From: an uncultured Nitrososphaerota archaeon
GTDB taxonomy: Archaea > Thermoproteota > Nitrososphaeria > Nitrososphaerales > Nitrosopumilaceae
Direction of reading: 5' to 3'
Length of the DNA stretch: 64,000 nucleotides
Assembly (NCBI GenBank): GCA_963824385.1
Contig: CAWGPD010000004.1
Location: 576,001 to 640,000, forward strand
Positions 9,212 to 20,896 of this stretch are shown one piece after another. Below the pieces are notes generated by a model. That model was not told where the DNA came from. It saw nothing but the letters and a program-made list of their open reading frames with translations, and did not search any database. Both the position numbers and the translations under genes were made by a program. Position 1 is the first letter of the stretch, and each line of letters opens with the position of its first letter.

Positions 9212-9550
9212 ATGGATTTCGAATTTGAGGAGTTTGATTCTCCTGAGGACATATTTATTGCAATGTCTACCATGGCACCGCCAATGAAAAATGTTTTGCC
9301 AATAAACTCGTACAAAGGATATATCTTTTCTATAATACCCTTGACTCCGGCTTCTGGAAATTCCTATTTGATGATATATTCAAAAGGAAAACTGGATGGA
9401 AAATTGCTAGAGTTTGACATGAATTTAAAAAAATTCAAAAGCGTAGAGGCTGCAGAAAGGTCAGACAAGATCTACTTTGTTGTTTTAACTCCTAAATCAA
9501 ATACTATTGCAGATGCTGCAATTAGGATGTTAGAGAAAAAGTCTATCTAG
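9212..9550 (+). CDS. Hypothetical protein
   Basis: Clean 112-aa ORF with an upstream AT-rich promoter-like sequence; no recognised motif. Confidence 0.7.
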   Translation: MDFEFEEFDSPEDIFIAMSTMAPPMKNVLPINSYKGYIFSIIPLTPASGNSYLMIYSKGKLDGKLLEFDMNLKKFKSVEAAERSDKIYFVVLTPKSNTIADAAIRMLEKKSI

Positions 9551-11119
9551 TATAAGTAGGGGCATTTACAGATCTACTTCGGGCATATTTTTCCATTATA
9601 TCTTCTGGAAGTTTACCGTTGAATAGATCTTTAGATAAACCTCTAAGATATCTCATAATTGCCCAAGTTCCAGCTTTTATCATACCATACATAACAAGTT
9701 TCATTGGCGGACCAAATGTCTTATTTCTAATTATTATAGGAATAATATCATTAATGACTCTAAGATTATGCTCCCATGATTTCCAAAATAGTGTAAATTG
9801 TGCTTCATTAAGATTACCAAAGTGCATGGAATTCTTTTCACTAAAGTCTTGATACAATAATGGTGCAACCAGACCACGCATTCTTGTTTTCCTAAAGTCT
9901 TCAATCAAATCAATAGTATATTGAGTCTCATCTGGTGTCTCGTCAGGCCAACCAATTATGATAGTAGCTGCTGGGAACCAATGGTTCTCATTTAGTATCC
10001 GTGCACCCTCTCGTACAACCCAGCCCCATTCATCTGTTGAAAATGGCTTGGTCTTAACCCCTAGATGTTTTTTGACCATTCTAGGTGCGACTGTTTCAAT
10101 TCCAAGATTTGTGGCAAGCCATTTTTCATCGCTCATGCCATTTACTTCAGACATGTCATGTAATAAGCTTTGGATCAGCACATACGGCAGAGAATGTCAT
10201 ATGCGTAGTTCCAACAAATCTTGCGCCCAAAGACTTCAAACCTTTCCACAACTCTATAATGGCATCATAGTTTGGTTGAAAGTCTCTGTTATCACAACCA
10301 TAAAGAAGCATTTCATCAGAATGTAACCAGATAGAATCAAAACCATAATCAAGATTCATTTTTGCCTCTTGTTGTAATCTTTCTAGTGGTAAATCTTTTT
10401 TTGATCTTTTATTGACATCGCAAAAGTCACAGCCTCGTCCACATCCTCGCATTGCCTCAATTAATGAGTTAACAGTAGGTCCCTGAATCATAGGAATATT
10501 TTGAATATTCTTAACAAAGCAATGCATCAATTCTGGCGCATCACCTTTTTCAAGATCATGGAAAAGATCTGAAGCTTAATTCATCTGCTTCACCTACTAC
10601 AACTGTATCAATACCATGAATTTTCATTCTATCAGTTTTTGCAAGTTCCCATGCACCGTTACCACCAACTACAACATGAAAGTTATACTTCTTTTTCAGT
10701 TGGATTATCTTAGCACACATTCTCTTAAATTTCATTGCAATGTAAGAGAGTTTTTCAGGGGACATTGTTGTAGTAACTGGAGCCATGCCAAGAGGATCCA
10801 TAACATTTATTCCTACAACTTTGGTATCAGGTCCAACACATTTTTCTAAATAATCAGGGTTTGCAATAAACACTTCATCTCGTTTGTAACCTTGTAATAG
10901 TGCAGATTCTACTCTTCTCAAACCAACTTGAGCCACCTTTGCTTCACCAGTCACTTGATCAGTTTCAACTGGAGGACAAAACACTTTATCAAAAACCCAT
11001 TCTGGAACTACTTCGTAAGGACCACATGCAATAAAGCCATACAGAAAATTGCCTCTATAATTAGTCATAAGGCTACGATTTGCAGTTAGAACTATTCTCC
11101 TTCCTGCCATTCCTTTCAT
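9543..11119 (-). CDS. B12-binding (class B) radical SAM protein, probable GDGT ring synthase (Grs family); two frameshifts
   Basis: Three consecutive ORF pieces. N-terminus IVLTANRSLMTNY...GLRRVESAL...DPLGMAPV...VVVGGNGAWEL, CxxxCxxC motif (GCGRGCDFC), then GIETVAPRMV and IIGWPDET. Grs assignment is from recalled family pattern. Confidence 0.7.
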
Positions 11120-11215
11120 CGACTTCTTTCCACTATGATATAAATCGTTTACCTAGATACATTATGAAAATTATTTACTTTTGACATATAAACAGGTATC
11201 ATATATCTACAGACA

Positions 11216-11935
11216 ATGGCTGGAGTAGAACCAAGACATGTTGAAGCACATCAAAAAGAGAGCAGTTCGATAAGAGATTTTGTATTTGGCTTTGGTGACG
11301 GCATAAACACTTCACTAGGGCTTGTAGCTGGAGTTGGAGGGGCAGCAATGCCTTCCAACATAATTATGCTTGCGGCCATTGTTGCCATGTTTACAGGGGC
11401 TAAAGCAATGGCTGTACAGAATTATCTTGCAGTGAAATCACAAAGACAGATTCTCAACTCTGAGATTGAACGAGAGAAATGGGAGATGGATAATGTACCA
11501 GAAGCAGAAAGAAGAGAGATAGAAGACGTATACAAGGCAAAAGGATTCACTGGCCAGGATTTAGAGAAAATTGTAAACAAGATAACATCTGACAAGAAAG
11601 TTTGGTTAGATACCATGCTTACAGAAGAACTCAAATTGAATTTAGAAATAGTTGGAAGCCCTCTAAAGAGTGCCTTCCGTATGTTTGGTGCATTTCTTGT
11701 CGGAGGAATACTACCTATTATTCCTTATTTCTTTTTAAGCGGATATATCCCACTCTTTGTGGCAATAGGAGTTAGTCTTTCTGCATCTTTTATCATTGGT
11801 GCAATTAAATCAAAGATTGCTAACATCAGCATGCTACGAGGTGGATTAGAGATGGCGGGACTAGGTACCGGTATTGCTCTAATAGGATATGGAATAGGTT
11901 CTGAGTTAGGAAGTCTTGGAATTATTAAGACCTGA
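11216..11935 (+). CDS. VIT1/CCC1 family Fe/Mn transporter
   Basis: IRDFVFGFGDG, AMAVQNYLAVKSQ, Glu-rich cytosolic loop (EREKWE...E), several TM helices. Confidence 0.9.
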   Translation: MAGVEPRHVEAHQKESSSIRDFVFGFGDGINTSLGLVAGVGGAAMPSNIIMLAAIVAMFTGAKAMAVQNYLAVKSQRQILNSEIEREKWEMDNVPEAERREIEDVYKAKGFTGQDLEKIVNKITSDKKVWLDTMLTEELKLNLEIVGSPLKSAFRMFGAFLVGGILPIIPYFFLSGYIPLFVAIGVSLSASFIIGAIKSKIANISMLRGGLEMAGLGTGIALIGYGIGSELGSLGIIKT

Positions 11936-12705
11936 TTTTTTTCGTACACTTCTATTTGCTATATTAGTGCAAATGCTCCTGCACCAATACCATTATCAAT
12001 ATTGACAACGGAAAGTCCCAATGTACAACTTTGCAACATAGATGCCAATGCTGCTACTCCTTTTGCCCCATAACCATATCCAACTGATGATGGCACTCCA
12101 ATAACAGGTATGTCTACTAGTGATGAGATTATGGATGCAAGTGCACCTTCCATTCCAGCAACTACTATAATTGCATCCACATCATGATGTACCATTTTTT
12201 TAACTATAGGAAACAGTCTATGAATTCCAGCTATGCCAACATCATAACTACAGACACATTGACATCCCATCACTTCACACATCAGTCTTGCTTCTTCTGC
12301 AACCCCAACATCCGAAGTTCCAGCTGTCAATATTCCAACCTTTCCTCCCGTAGAAGACAATTTTTTGAAGAAAAGTATAGTGGTGGTATTTTTCCCTGTC
12401 TGTATTTTCATTTTATTCTTTCTAGAAAAAGTCAGCATTTGCTTGTAATGATCCTTGTTGATTCTTGAGACAAGAACAGAATCTGCTTTAGATGTTGTTG
12501 CAAGAATTATTTTCTTAAGATCCAAAAATTCTTTTTTTTCAGCAAATATAACCTCGGGTATTCCTCTGCGTAACTTTCTACTCATATCGATCTTGGCAAA
12601 ATCTTCTATTTTCTCTATAGAGTATAGAGAAAGCAATTTCTTGGCTTTTGGTACACTTATCTTTCCTAGATCAAGCGATTCTAATATTTCAGTAAGATCC
12701 AACAC
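11906..12705 (-). CDS. larB: Nickel-pincer nucleotide biosynthesis protein LarB; C-terminal frameshift near 11968
   Basis: RRGIPEVIFAE, TAGTSDVGVAEEA, DVGIAGIHRL, VAGMEGAL, PSSVGYG, VVNIDNGIGA. Restoring one base gives ...GAFAANIANRS... ending at 11906. Confidence 0.92.
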
Positions 12706-12737
12706 TATTTGTAATTATGATACAGTTAAAAATTTAA

Positions 12738-13652
12738 TCAGAGCCCAAGATTTGAGATGGCACCTTTGACGCTCTCTACTCCCTTTTTGAACCACTCTTT
12801 TTCATTTGAATCCAGATCCAATTCTATTATTTTCTCAACACCATTTTTACTTATAACTGCTGGAACACCAATAGTGACATCAGAGTAACCATATTCTCCA
12901 TCAAGATACGTTGCCACAGGAATAACCTGTCTTGTGTTTTTCAATACGGCCTCTATGATTGTAGATATTGCATTTCCCGGGGCATGAACTGTTGCACCCT
13001 TTAGTTCTATTACCTTTGCTGCAACTTGCCTTGTACCCTGTACAATTTCTTCGATCTTTTCCTTTGATAAAATTGAAGAGAGGGGTATTCCAGATATAGT
13101 AGAAAATCTCGGAAGGGGTAACATGTTTTCACCATGTTCGCCCACTACAAGTGCACGTATAGAATTTCTCGAGTAACCAGTAGATTCATGTATGAATTGT
13201 GTAAATCGGGACAAATCAAGCATGCCACCCATTCCAAATATCCTATTTCTTTGAAAGCCTGAGACTTTGTATGTGAGGTATGCCATTGGATCTAATGGAT
13301 TAGTTACTGGAACAATCATTGCATCTTTAGCATATTTTTGTATATTTTCTACAACACCTTTTACTATTGACGCATTTATTTTTAGAAGATCCATTCTTGT
13401 CATCCCAGGTTTTCTACCAGAACCAGCAACAACAACTACAATGTCAGAGCCCTTCATTTCAGAATAATCATTAGAACCTCTAACGTTTACATCAATTCCT
13501 TTTTCTGCCAACATGTGATTTATGTCCATAGCCTCTCCTTGTGGAAGACCCTGAACAACATCCAATAGCAATATTTCATCTGTAACTTTTCTAAGAGCTG
13601 TAAATAATGCAGCTGCTCCACCCACTTTTCCCGAGCCAATAATTGTAATCAT
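12738..13652 (-). CDS. mdh: Malate dehydrogenase (LDH-like)
   Basis: [35 protein letters not shown]. Confidence 0.93.
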   Translation of the reverse strand: MITIIGSGKVGGAAALFTALRKVTDEILLLDVVQGLPQGEAMDINHMLAEKGIDVNVRGSNDYSEMKGSDIVVVVAGSGRKPGMTRMDLLKINASIVKGVVENIQKYAKDAMIVPVTNPLDPMAYLTYKVSGFQRNRIFGMGGMLDLSRFTQFIHESTGYSRNSIRALVVGEHGENMLPLPRFSTISGIPLSSILSKEKIEEIVQGTRQVAAKVIELKGATVHAPGNAISTIIEAVLKNTRQVIPVATYLDGEYGYSDVTIGVPAVISKNGVEKIIELDLDSNEKEWFKKGVESVKGAISNLGL

Positions 13653-13768
13653 AAAATGCCCTCCATGTAATCTCTAATTAAACTTGACTGTCTTTTATCA
13701 AAATTTCGGATATAGTATTTCTTCAACTAAATTACAATTTATATGCATTCCAGTATGTTTAGAAAATC

Positions 13769-15001
13769 ATGGTGCTTGTAATTGATGCACAGATAGCTGG
13801 AATCTCTGGAGATATGTTACTTTCTTCGCTAGTCAGCATAGGTGCAAACAAGTCCAAGGTTATAGATGGCATATATTCAGTTGAAGAGTATCTCAAAGGT
13901 TCTAAAATTACAAAAGTAGATTTTGATAAAGTTATAAAACATGGAATAGAGGCAACGCATCTTGTTTTAGAGGTAAATGAAAATCATCACGAACGAAAAG
14001 GAATGGAAATTCAAGAATGCATATTGTCAACATCAGATAAGATAGGTTTATCTGAAAAAGCTAAAGTTTTTGCAAAGGAAAGCATTAGATCATTACTTCA
14101 TGCAGAATCAAAGATACATGGAGAACCTTTGGAATCAGTGCATTTTCACGAAGCATCAAGTATTGATACTGTCATAGATATAATTGGTTCAGCTATTGCA
14201 TTAGATGATCTAAAATTATTTTCAGAGCAAATTATTTCAACACCAGTGGCAGTGGGTGGTGGAACTTTAACTTTCTCTCATGGAACTACATCTAATCCTG
14301 CAAGTGCTATACTGGAAATATTCCGTGGTTCAGACACAATAATTTGTGGAGGACAGATCAGAGAGGAACTCACCACACCTACTGGTGCAAGCCTACTTGT
14401 GAATTTGTCAGATAGATGCTCAGAATTTTATCCAACAATGAAAATAAAATCAATAGGATATGGCGCTGGAAACAAGAATTTTGATGGTTTCTCCAATGTT
14501 TTGAAAATTGTTAGAGGAGAATCAACAGGTGAATTTCAGTTAGATACGGTACAAATTCTTGAAACAAACCTAGATGATGTTTCTGGCGAGACAATTGGAC
14601 ATATGATTGACAAGATAATTGCAAATGGTGCAAAAGATGTAACCGTAACAGGAGCTATAACAAAGAAGGGAAGACCGACCAATCTTGTTTCCATAATATG
14701 CGATCCATCTGTTACAAATAGCTTGATGAGTATACTCGTTTCAGAGACTGGAACTTTAGGCGTACGAGTAAGATCCTCTAGTCGATATATTGTTCCAAGA
14801 ATAACTGTCACAGTACCCATTCTCTTACAAGGAAAAAATTTCGCTGTGAGATGTAAGATTGTAAAACAGGATGAGATTGTAAAGCATTTCAAAGTTGAAT
14901 CAGACGATATCAAGTCAATCTCAGAGTCATTGTCATTACCATTTAAAGCGGCATCAGATTTGATATCAGATGAAGTCAAACGGAGACTAGACATAAAATG
15001 A
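13769..15001 (+). CDS. larC: Nickel insertase LarC (uninterrupted single ORF)
   Basis: AGISGDMLL, AESKIHG...VHFHE, ELTTPTGA, GYGAG, LETNLDD, KKGRP, ETGTLGVR. Confidence 0.95.
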   Translation: MVLVIDAQIAGISGDMLLSSLVSIGANKSKVIDGIYSVEEYLKGSKITKVDFDKVIKHGIEATHLVLEVNENHHERKGMEIQECILSTSDKIGLSEKAKVFAKESIRSLLHAESKIHGEPLESVHFHEASSIDTVIDIIGSAIALDDLKLFSEQIISTPVAVGGGTLTFSHGTTSNPASAILEIFRGSDTIICGGQIREELTTPTGASLLVNLSDRCSEFYPTMKIKSIGYGAGNKNFDGFSNVLKIVRGESTGEFQLDTVQILETNLDDVSGETIGHMIDKIIANGAKDVTVTGAITKKGRPTNLVSIICDPSVTNSLMSILVSETGTLGVRVRSSSRYIVPRITVTVPILLQGKNFAVRCKIVKQDEIVKHFKVESDDIKSISESLSLPFKAASDLISDEVKRRLDIK

Positions 15002-15798
15002 AACAGTTAGAAGAACTAATAAATTGGTTTGATACAAAAGAAAAAGTTCTGGTAGCTCTTTCGGGCGGAGTTGATAGTGCCCTTGTGGCATATGCTGCCC
15101 AAAAAGCTCTAGGTAAACAGGCTATTGCTGTAACAGCAGACTATAAGACACTCTCTCAGGAAGAGTTAGAATCTGCAAAGATAGTTTGTCAAGAAATAGG
15201 AATTAGACACATAATTATCGAATACAATGAACTGGATAATCCAGACTTTGTAAAAAATGATAAAAAAAGATGTTTTCATTGCAGAACTGAACTATCAGAA
15301 CATCTTCTCAGACTATCAAAAATAGAAAAAATTAGTCTCATCGTTGACGGAACTAACTTGGACGATCTTACAGAATATAGACCCGGAATTATAGCCCTAA
15401 AAGAAAATGGCATTCAAAGTCCACTAGTGGAATGTAGATTCAAAAAAGATGATGTTAGAAGAGTAGCAAGACAGATAGGTCTTTCAATTCATGACAAGCC
15501 ATCCAATTCTTGTTTAGCATCTCGCATTCCATGGGGAAATACAGTTACTGCTGAAAAGCTTGTAAGAATTGAGAAAAGTGAAATAATGATAAAACAACTT
15601 TTTGGGATAAGACAAGTAAGAGTTCGTGACTTTGGAAATAGTGCCAACATAGAAGTAGATAAAAATGAAATTGTTTTTCTCAGTGACAAAAAAAAGATGT
15701 CAGTGCTAAGAGAATATATGAATCAATTTGGATTTGATACAATCCTAGTTGATCCAAGTGGATATAGACCAGGAAGGCTCAACGTGATAACAGATTGA
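14998..15798 (+). CDS. larE: ATP-dependent sulfur transferase LarE
   Basis: PP-loop SGGVDS, RCFHC, DGTNLDD, YRPG, SCLASRIP. Confidence 0.94.
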   Translation: MKQLEELINWFDTKEKVLVALSGGVDSALVAYAAQKALGKQAIAVTADYKTLSQEELESAKIVCQEIGIRHIIIEYNELDNPDFVKNDKKRCFHCRTELSEHLLRLSKIEKISLIVDGTNLDDLTEYRPGIIALKENGIQSPLVECRFKKDDVRRVARQIGLSIHDKPSNSCLASRIPWGNTVTAEKLVRIEKSEIMIKQLFGIRQVRVRDFGNSANIEVDKNEIVFLSDKKKMSVLREYMNQFGFDTILVDPSGYRPGRLNVITD

Positions 15799-16952
15799 TT
15801 TACTTGGATAATGCCGCATCTACACCAGTTCATGAAAAGGTCATCGAAGAGATGTTACCTTATTTTAGAGAACAGTATGGAAATCCTTCTTCCATTCATC
15901 GACATGGTAGGCTTGCAAATACAGCAATTCAAAATGCAAGGAAAAGAATAGCAGCACTCATCAATGCAGATAGTAATGAAATACTCATAACTTCTGGCGG
16001 AACAGAGTCAAACAATACTGCAATCTACGGAATAGCATCACTAAACAAAGGGAAACATATCATAACATCATCTATTGAACATGATGCAATCCTAGAACCC
16101 TGTAGATATCTTGAAAAAGAAGGATACAAAATATCTTTTCTGCCCGTAGACCATCAGGGTTTTGTAAATCTAGACGAACTTAAAAGAGAGATTTCAAGTG
16201 ATACTTGCCTGATTACAATAATGTATGCCAATAATGAAGTCGGGACAATTCAGCCTATAAAGGAAATAGCTAAGATTGCAAGAGAGAGAAACATTATTTT
16301 CCACACAGACGCGGTTCAAGCAATTGGAAAGACTCCCATAGATGTTAAGGACCTTGGAATCGATTTGCTTTCAATTTCATCTCACAAAATAAATGGTCCA
16401 AAAGGCGTTGGTGCCCTGTATATTAGAAATGGTATCAAAATATCACCTCTAATTTTAGGAGGAGGTCAAGAAAGAGGATTACGTTCAGGTACAGAGAATG
16501 TAGCAAGCATTATTGGATTTGGAATGGCATGTAAATTAGCAAAGGATAATGAGAATGAAAATATACAACATTTCAAAAAATTAACTATAAGGTTGATTTC
16601 ACGAGTTTTATCTGAAATACCATCAACTACACTTAATGGACATCCAGATGTGAGAATTCCTAATAACACTCACTTTACTTTTCTTGGTGTAAACGGAGAG
16701 GATCTAATAATAAAATTAGATGAAAATAAAATATCTGCGTCTACTGGCTCTGCTTGTTCTGTAAAGATCCAAAAAGCATCACATGTGTTAAAAGCAATGG
16801 GCTTTTCACATGAACAAGTAACAGGATCTTTACGTCTTACAGTAGGAATAACAAACACAGAAGAAGAAATTGATGAAACTGTAGATGTATTAAAAAAAGT
16901 CGTTCAGGAATTACGTGCAGTATCACCATACAAAAGTAAATACAATTTTTAA
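15795..16952 (+). CDS. iscS: Cysteine desulfurase (IscS/NifS type)
   Basis: YLDNAAST, TSGGTESNN, HTDAVQ, SSHKINGPKG (PLP lysine), STGSAC. Confidence 0.95.
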   Translation: MIYLDNAASTPVHEKVIEEMLPYFREQYGNPSSIHRHGRLANTAIQNARKRIAALINADSNEILITSGGTESNNTAIYGIASLNKGKHIITSSIEHDAILEPCRYLEKEGYKISFLPVDHQGFVNLDELKREISSDTCLITIMYANNEVGTIQPIKEIAKIARERNIIFHTDAVQAIGKTPIDVKDLGIDLLSISSHKINGPKGVGALYIRNGIKISPLILGGGQERGLRSGTENVASIIGFGMACKLAKDNENENIQHFKKLTIRLISRVLSEIPSTTLNGHPDVRIPNNTHFTFLGVNGEDLIIKLDENKISASTGSACSVKIQKASHVLKAMGFSHEQVTGSLRLTVGITNTEEEIDETVDVLKKVVQELRAVSPYKSKYNF

Positions 16953-16968
16953 AAATTCTAGATTTCCA

Positions 16969-19900
16969 TTATGGAAGAACTTGAATTGTATATTGACTAT
17001 TATCTATGAGTGGCACTAGAGAATCCATTCCATTCCAGACATAGACTTCGGCAGAATAAACTCCAGGTGATGTTGGTGTCCATTGGAGTTCTTCGTTCAT
17101 AGTAGACAGATTTGCAAGATTATCTTCAGACCATTTTAGGAAAACAACTTTATTGTTACTATCTTTTATCTGGACAATATAAGAGATATTTTGATAATTA
17201 GAATAATTATTGTTTGTAATCATGCTCTGAAAATTTATTGCTTGTCCAACATGTGGATTTTGAAGTAATGGCCTTCCAGAGCTATCACTAATTTGTGTTG
17301 ACTTGGAAACTGTGTTGTATGGTACTGTAGTGATTGCAGATTGTGTTGTAGATTGTGCTGTGGCAGAAGAGGCAACTATTGCAGGTATTATAACGGACCT
17401 ACCAAATTGATCTCTATAATCATGATACCATGCCTGAACACTACCTCCAACAGAGGATATTAGAGCAGTGCCATCCTCATTACATATCTGTGATGGCATT
17501 TTAAAAATGCCCTGGAATATTCCAGTACCTGGTCCTGTTTCAGTTAGTGTAAAACCCGTAGCTGCAAGTCCCCCATAATTGACTCCATCTATCGTACAAT
17601 GATGAAATCTAAATCCCTTAATCCAAACTTCTAGGAGTATGTTTCCATCATTATCTCCAACGGTATCATCAGCTGGAGAACCAGGATCGTTTACACTTGA
17701 ATAAGTTACAATGGTATCAGCATCAGTAGTGAGATCTGGGTCATTGACTGTAATTGTAACATCTGAGCCAATTCTATAATTTGATGAATCAAGTGTCACT
17801 ATACCAGTATGTGTAGGAAGATTACTTTGTGATGTTACAGGTGTTGCTGATCCTCCTTGTTGACTACCTATGATTGAAAAGTGTATTGCGTTAGCATCTG
17901 TAAGTTCGTTACTTACAAGAAATTTAATATTACTACCAAAAGTACTAAGACTTTTAATCAAATTAGGATCAAACTGATTTAATTGATTTATTACCGCATA
18001 CTCCATTGTTCCAGTAAATACACCTGAATTGGCAGATGTTTCTTGTAGTTCTGCTCTGTAGATAGCATTGTTTACTTGTTGTTCATTTTTACTTCCAAAG
18101 GAAAAAAGATCAAAGACTATTGGTTGAGTATCGCTTGGATTTGAAAACTCACCTGAAGTATTGAAATTAATTTCTAAATATACTGGAAGACCAGATGAGA
18201 TTGATGCAATAGATGCCACGGTGGCATCGCTTATCTGAACTAAGCCATTACCAGAATCAATTGTTCCTGGTGCTAAGATTTGTACTGGCAAGTTCCCAAC
18301 AGAACCAAAATACAGTGTCATACTGGTACCAGAGAATGAAGTTATGCCTAGTTGTTGTTGAAAAGATCTTAAATCATAATTTATCCAATTAGTTCCATTT
18401 GAATTTGGTTGACTTGTATCTATGAGTAAATTCTGAAGGGAATTGGCTGAAATACCAAGATTTATTGTGATTTTCTGGAAATTAGACATTGATTGACTCC
18501 TAGTATCCACTATCAGTCTCAGGGAATTGCTATCAAATACAGCAGATGGAACTGTAAGAGTGCTAGAAGTATTATAGAATGTAACATCTGAGGAGCTACT
18601 CAATGTAATTGGAGTTCCAATCTCCAAGGTCGGTATTCTTGCTGAACTTCTAAAAACATCTAGTTGATCAATCTGATTTGAATTAAGATTTTGAGTATTA
18701 TCTACTAGAGTGATTGTTTCTTTTTGACCTGGATTAAATTGACTTTGAGCAGTACCAACAGTAAGACTTCCTGTAGAAGTACCAGAAACAATAGAAACAC
18801 TTTGTTGATCATAAGTAATAGAACCAGAGTTACCCCTAGGAGCATTTGGTAGTGTTCCAATTGTAGATATGCTAGCATAGGAGCTTTCAAAAATTCCAGT
18901 ATGTGGTCCTGTTTCTACAAAAGTTACCAATTGGTTGTACATGCCATTAAGTGATGAACTTGTTTGAAGAGAATTAGTTTTCAGATTTACTACATTTGAT
19001 GCATCCATACTTAACTTTCCGTTATCTTGGAATCCAAGATTACTTAGATACGGTAATAGATTTACTAATCCAGATCCACTTGCACTCCTACCAGATTCTG
19101 AAAAGGCCTGGTAAAAGGTTGCCTGAGGGGAACCAACATTGAATGTCCACGAGTTTTGAGATGTAGGATCTATACTCAATTCAATATCATTTATTGTTGC
19201 AAAAACATCTGAACCAGCTGGATATGCATTTCTGTCAAGACTTTATTGATATATTTGGAATGTTAGAAGAATAAGTAAGGTCTACACTTTGTGTACCTGT
19301 TGAGCCATCATATTCAATGTGAACATTATCACTTAAAGTAAAAAGTTGGATGAGAGGCCATACATTTGGATTAATCCCTATTTGTCCCACTGGAACTTTT
19401 GGATTTGTATTTAGCGATGGAGGATTTCGTACAACATTATTTTGACTTGATGGAGATGTTGCATTACCAGTACATGAATTAAAGCCAGTATTTCCCTGAG
19501 TCGTACCAGACAATCCTGCAGAATCTGGAATTGCCACTCCATCAGTCTGGGAAATATCTATTCCTAGAACTGACGCAGATGTAGACCCAGAACAAAAAAC
19601 ACCAAAGTCAGTACTCTGACCTGGTGCACCAGAAAGTGCTGCTTGATCAGCCTGTTTTGCCATATCAGTATTTGCAAAAAAGCCATACCAATTACTATCA
19701 GAACCCTGAACCATTCGAAGACGTTTTCCAGCTACAGAAACGTTTGGCTCACCTAATGCTTGATCTAATTGATTACTAGCTTCGGTCACCATAACTTCAA
19801 CTACCATTGGTCCAGAAAAATAATTATTAAAAAGACTATTTTCTGCAGAGACAAAAAGATTAGGATGATCCGAATAGGCCTTTGCGTTAGGTAGCGTCAT

Positions 19901-19999
19901 TGGTGGAATCATCATTGAAAGAACCAGAAGGAGAATCAGAATTTTATACAACTTTCTAATATGAGAAGATGTACAAGATAATGTTATCGAATAATTCAT
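16969..19999 (-). CDS. Thaumarchaeal S-layer protein family member (~1000 aa; frameshift near 19242)
   Basis: Signal peptide then NLFVSAENSLFNNYFSGPMVVEV; repeated ETGPHTGIF/ETSANSGVFTG/ETGPGTGIFQG motifs; C-terminal YIVQIKD...WTPTSPGVYSAEVYVW, as I recall for Nitrosopumilus S-layer proteins. Confidence 0.8.
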
Positions 20000-20070
20000 G
20001 TCATTTATGATAGATGAATCACGTCATGTTCATACCAAGTTTTAACTAAGGGTCAGAATTCAGACGCATT

Positions 20071-20586
20071 GTGGTAAAACCTATACCAATCATAATAACA
20101 AGTGGAATACTTGTATTTGTTGGCTTTGCCATAACAGTATATCAATCTCAATCAACTGCTGAAAATCTTGTAAATCAACAACAGACCTTGAGTGTTGGGA
20201 CACAAATGAATATTACAAAAGTAATGGATTCAAATAACAATAGAAAAGAAGTATACGGTATTCAGGTAACTGATTTAAAAAATGATGACAATATCAAGGC
20301 AGTTATAATTGATCCAAATGGAAATACAATAATAACAAGATCTGTTACTAAAAGTCCAATTCAGGAAATTTTCAAGATTTCCACATCTGGTAATTACACT
20401 TTACAAATACAGAATCAAGGACAGAGAGAAATTCAGATTCTTGGATTTATAGGATACTATCCACAAGGTATAGAATCAGATGAGACTTCTGGTTCCATCA
20501 CACCCATCATACTTATCATAGGTCTTTCTGGACTTGCAGTTGGCATAATGTATCTTATTAAAAATCGTGCCAGGCCTCAATCTTAG
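20071..20586 (+). CDS. Hypothetical membrane protein
   Basis: Two terminal hydrophobic helices flanking a soluble beta-rich domain. Confidence 0.75.
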   Translation: MVKPIPIIITSGILVFVGFAITVYQSQSTAENLVNQQQTLSVGTQMNITKVMDSNNNRKEVYGIQVTDLKNDDNIKAVIIDPNGNTIITRSVTKSPIQEIFKISTSGNYTLQIQNQGQREIQILGFIGYYPQGIESDETSGSITPIILIIGLSGLAVGIMYLIKNRARPQS

Positions 20587-20894
20587 TTCAAAAATTGATC
20601 TAGTTCCGTTAGTCCATCAACTACATTTTTAAAATTATCATCACTTTCCATAATTTTATTAAGTTTGTTTAAATCAGCTCTAAAAATTTCATGTCCATCG
20701 TTTTGATTTATTACAACAAAATGGTGTTCTATTACATATGAGAGATGTTCTTTTATCTGATCTGATGATAAATGTAGCTTATCTGTCAAATATGTAGAAT
20801 CTTTTTCTCCACTTTCAAGTTCTGCAAGAATAGATGATATTTTTGGATCTACCAAAGTTTCCATCATTTTTTGTCTATCAAAACTTTCAGTCAA
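20583..20894 (-). CDS. Small winged-helix-like protein
   Basis: LVDPKISSILAELESGEKDSTYLTDKLHLSSDQIKEHLSYV resembles ArsR-like wHTH; 2 nt downstream of the VWA gene. Confidence 0.6.
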   Translation of the reverse strand: MTESFDRQKMMETLVDPKISSILAELESGEKDSTYLTDKLHLSSDQIKEHLSYVIEHHFVVINQNDGHEIFRADLNKLNKIMESDDNFKNVVDGLTELDQFLN

Positions 20895-20896
20895 AT

